Origin: Clostridia bacterium
GTDB lineage: Bacteria; Bacillota; Clostridia; Oscillospirales; CAG-272
Reading direction: 5' to 3'
Length of the DNA: 64,000 nt
Assembly (NCBI GenBank): GCA_017461945.1
Contig: JAFTSB010000057.1
Location: 3,594-67,593 of the forward strand
The notes beneath the pieces were generated by a model. The model searched no databases. It was given only the letters and a program-made list of their open reading frames with translations, and was not told the origin of the DNA. This document shows, in pieces, positions 63,772 through 64,000 of the stretch (positions within the stretch are counted from its first letter, which is position 1; every line of letters starts with the position of its first letter). A program made the translations under genes and the position numbers.

Positions 63772-64000
63772 GCACGTTCTCCCTTCTCAATCAGACTGTG
63801 AGCGAACCGGGGAATAAACACCACGGCGTCAAACAGGCAATGGGCAACCTCTACGCAGATCAGATAGGAGAGAAAGCCGGCAAGCTGCAGTTCGGCGCCA
63901 AAGGCGGTGGTCCAAACGTTGTTGATGATATCCCGGATAAAAGGAAAAGCAAACTGCTCGTCAATGAACGTGAGGATCTCCGGCGCGGATCCAATACGGT
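63756..64000 (-). CDS. 3' end of a gene truncated by the window edge (hydrophobic protein)
   Basis: My own translation of the minus strand gives ...FIDEQFAFPFIRDIINNVWTTAFGAELQLAGFLSYLICVEVAHCLFDAVVFIPRFAHSLIEKGERACTRE*. The stop overlaps the start of the 494-aa gene. Confidence 0.4.
   Translation of the reverse strand, partial: RIGSAPEILTFIDEQFAFPFIRDIINNVWTTAFGAELQLAGFLSYLICVEVAHCLFDAVVFIPRFAHSLIEKGERACTRE

Larger units (their letters stand above)
58870..64000. mobile_element. integrated element abutting the 3' end of tRNA-Ser(GGA); far end lies outside the window
   Basis: A tyrosine integrase is next to the tRNA 3' end, followed by a coupled Rep_1 rolling-circle initiator, a repeat-rich intergenic region, and secreted/membrane proteins. 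Composition differs from the core by eye. Confidence 0.7.

Noticed and set aside
1-64000. Searched by eye for CRISPR arrays, rRNA genes, transposase/IS ends, group II intron or retron signatures, and toxin-antitoxin pairs.
   Set aside because: I saw no regularly spaced repeat array, no rRNA-like sequence, no transposase or reverse-transcriptase motifs, and no obvious small TA gene pairs. The only tandem repeat, GGGTGTACAAA x2, is too short to be a CRISPR array.

Overview
This window looks like chromosome from a moderately GC-rich Gram-positive, Clostridia-like anaerobe; that taxonomy is inferred only from gene content, Shine-Dalgarno (SD) sites and sigma-70-like promoters. All functional calls come from motif recognition by eye. 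No database search, folding or statistics was run.

Roughly the first 52 kb is core or metabolic:
- Housekeeping genes: dxs, a polar amino-acid ABC transporter, glmM, a hexapeptide-repeat protein, galE (carrying a 1-nt frameshift), a CarD-like regulator, proC, rpmB, mtaB, an RluA-family pseudouridine synthase, lnt, rpsF-ssb-rpsR, ylxM-ffh-rpsP-KH, tadA and mpg.
- An aconitase / 3x TIM-barrel / icd operon.
- Carbohydrate loci: GH127-like, GH2 and GH51 enzymes, an esterase, two tandem SGNH hydrolases and AraC regulators.
- An organophosphate-type MFS transporter next to a PHP-PHP-metallophosphoesterase operon.

The last ~11 kb (52.96-64.0 kb) is accessory and visibly AT-richer by eye. In order it contains:
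- A low-GC gene for a TM / DUF218-like fusion protein.
- A tRNA-Arg(CCT) gene split in its anticodon loop by a 2.45-kb cassette with no recombinase gene. The cassette carries its own complete tRNA-Arg(CCT) and three membrane or small-protein genes.
- The core rplU-prp-rpmA operon and tRNA-Ser(GGA).
- An integrated element that runs off the window. It has a tyrosine integrase, a Rep_1-type rolling-circle initiator, 1.1 kb of repeat- and hairpin-rich non-coding DNA, and secreted/membrane proteins.

The split tRNA with its cassette is the strongest candidate for something previously undescribed.
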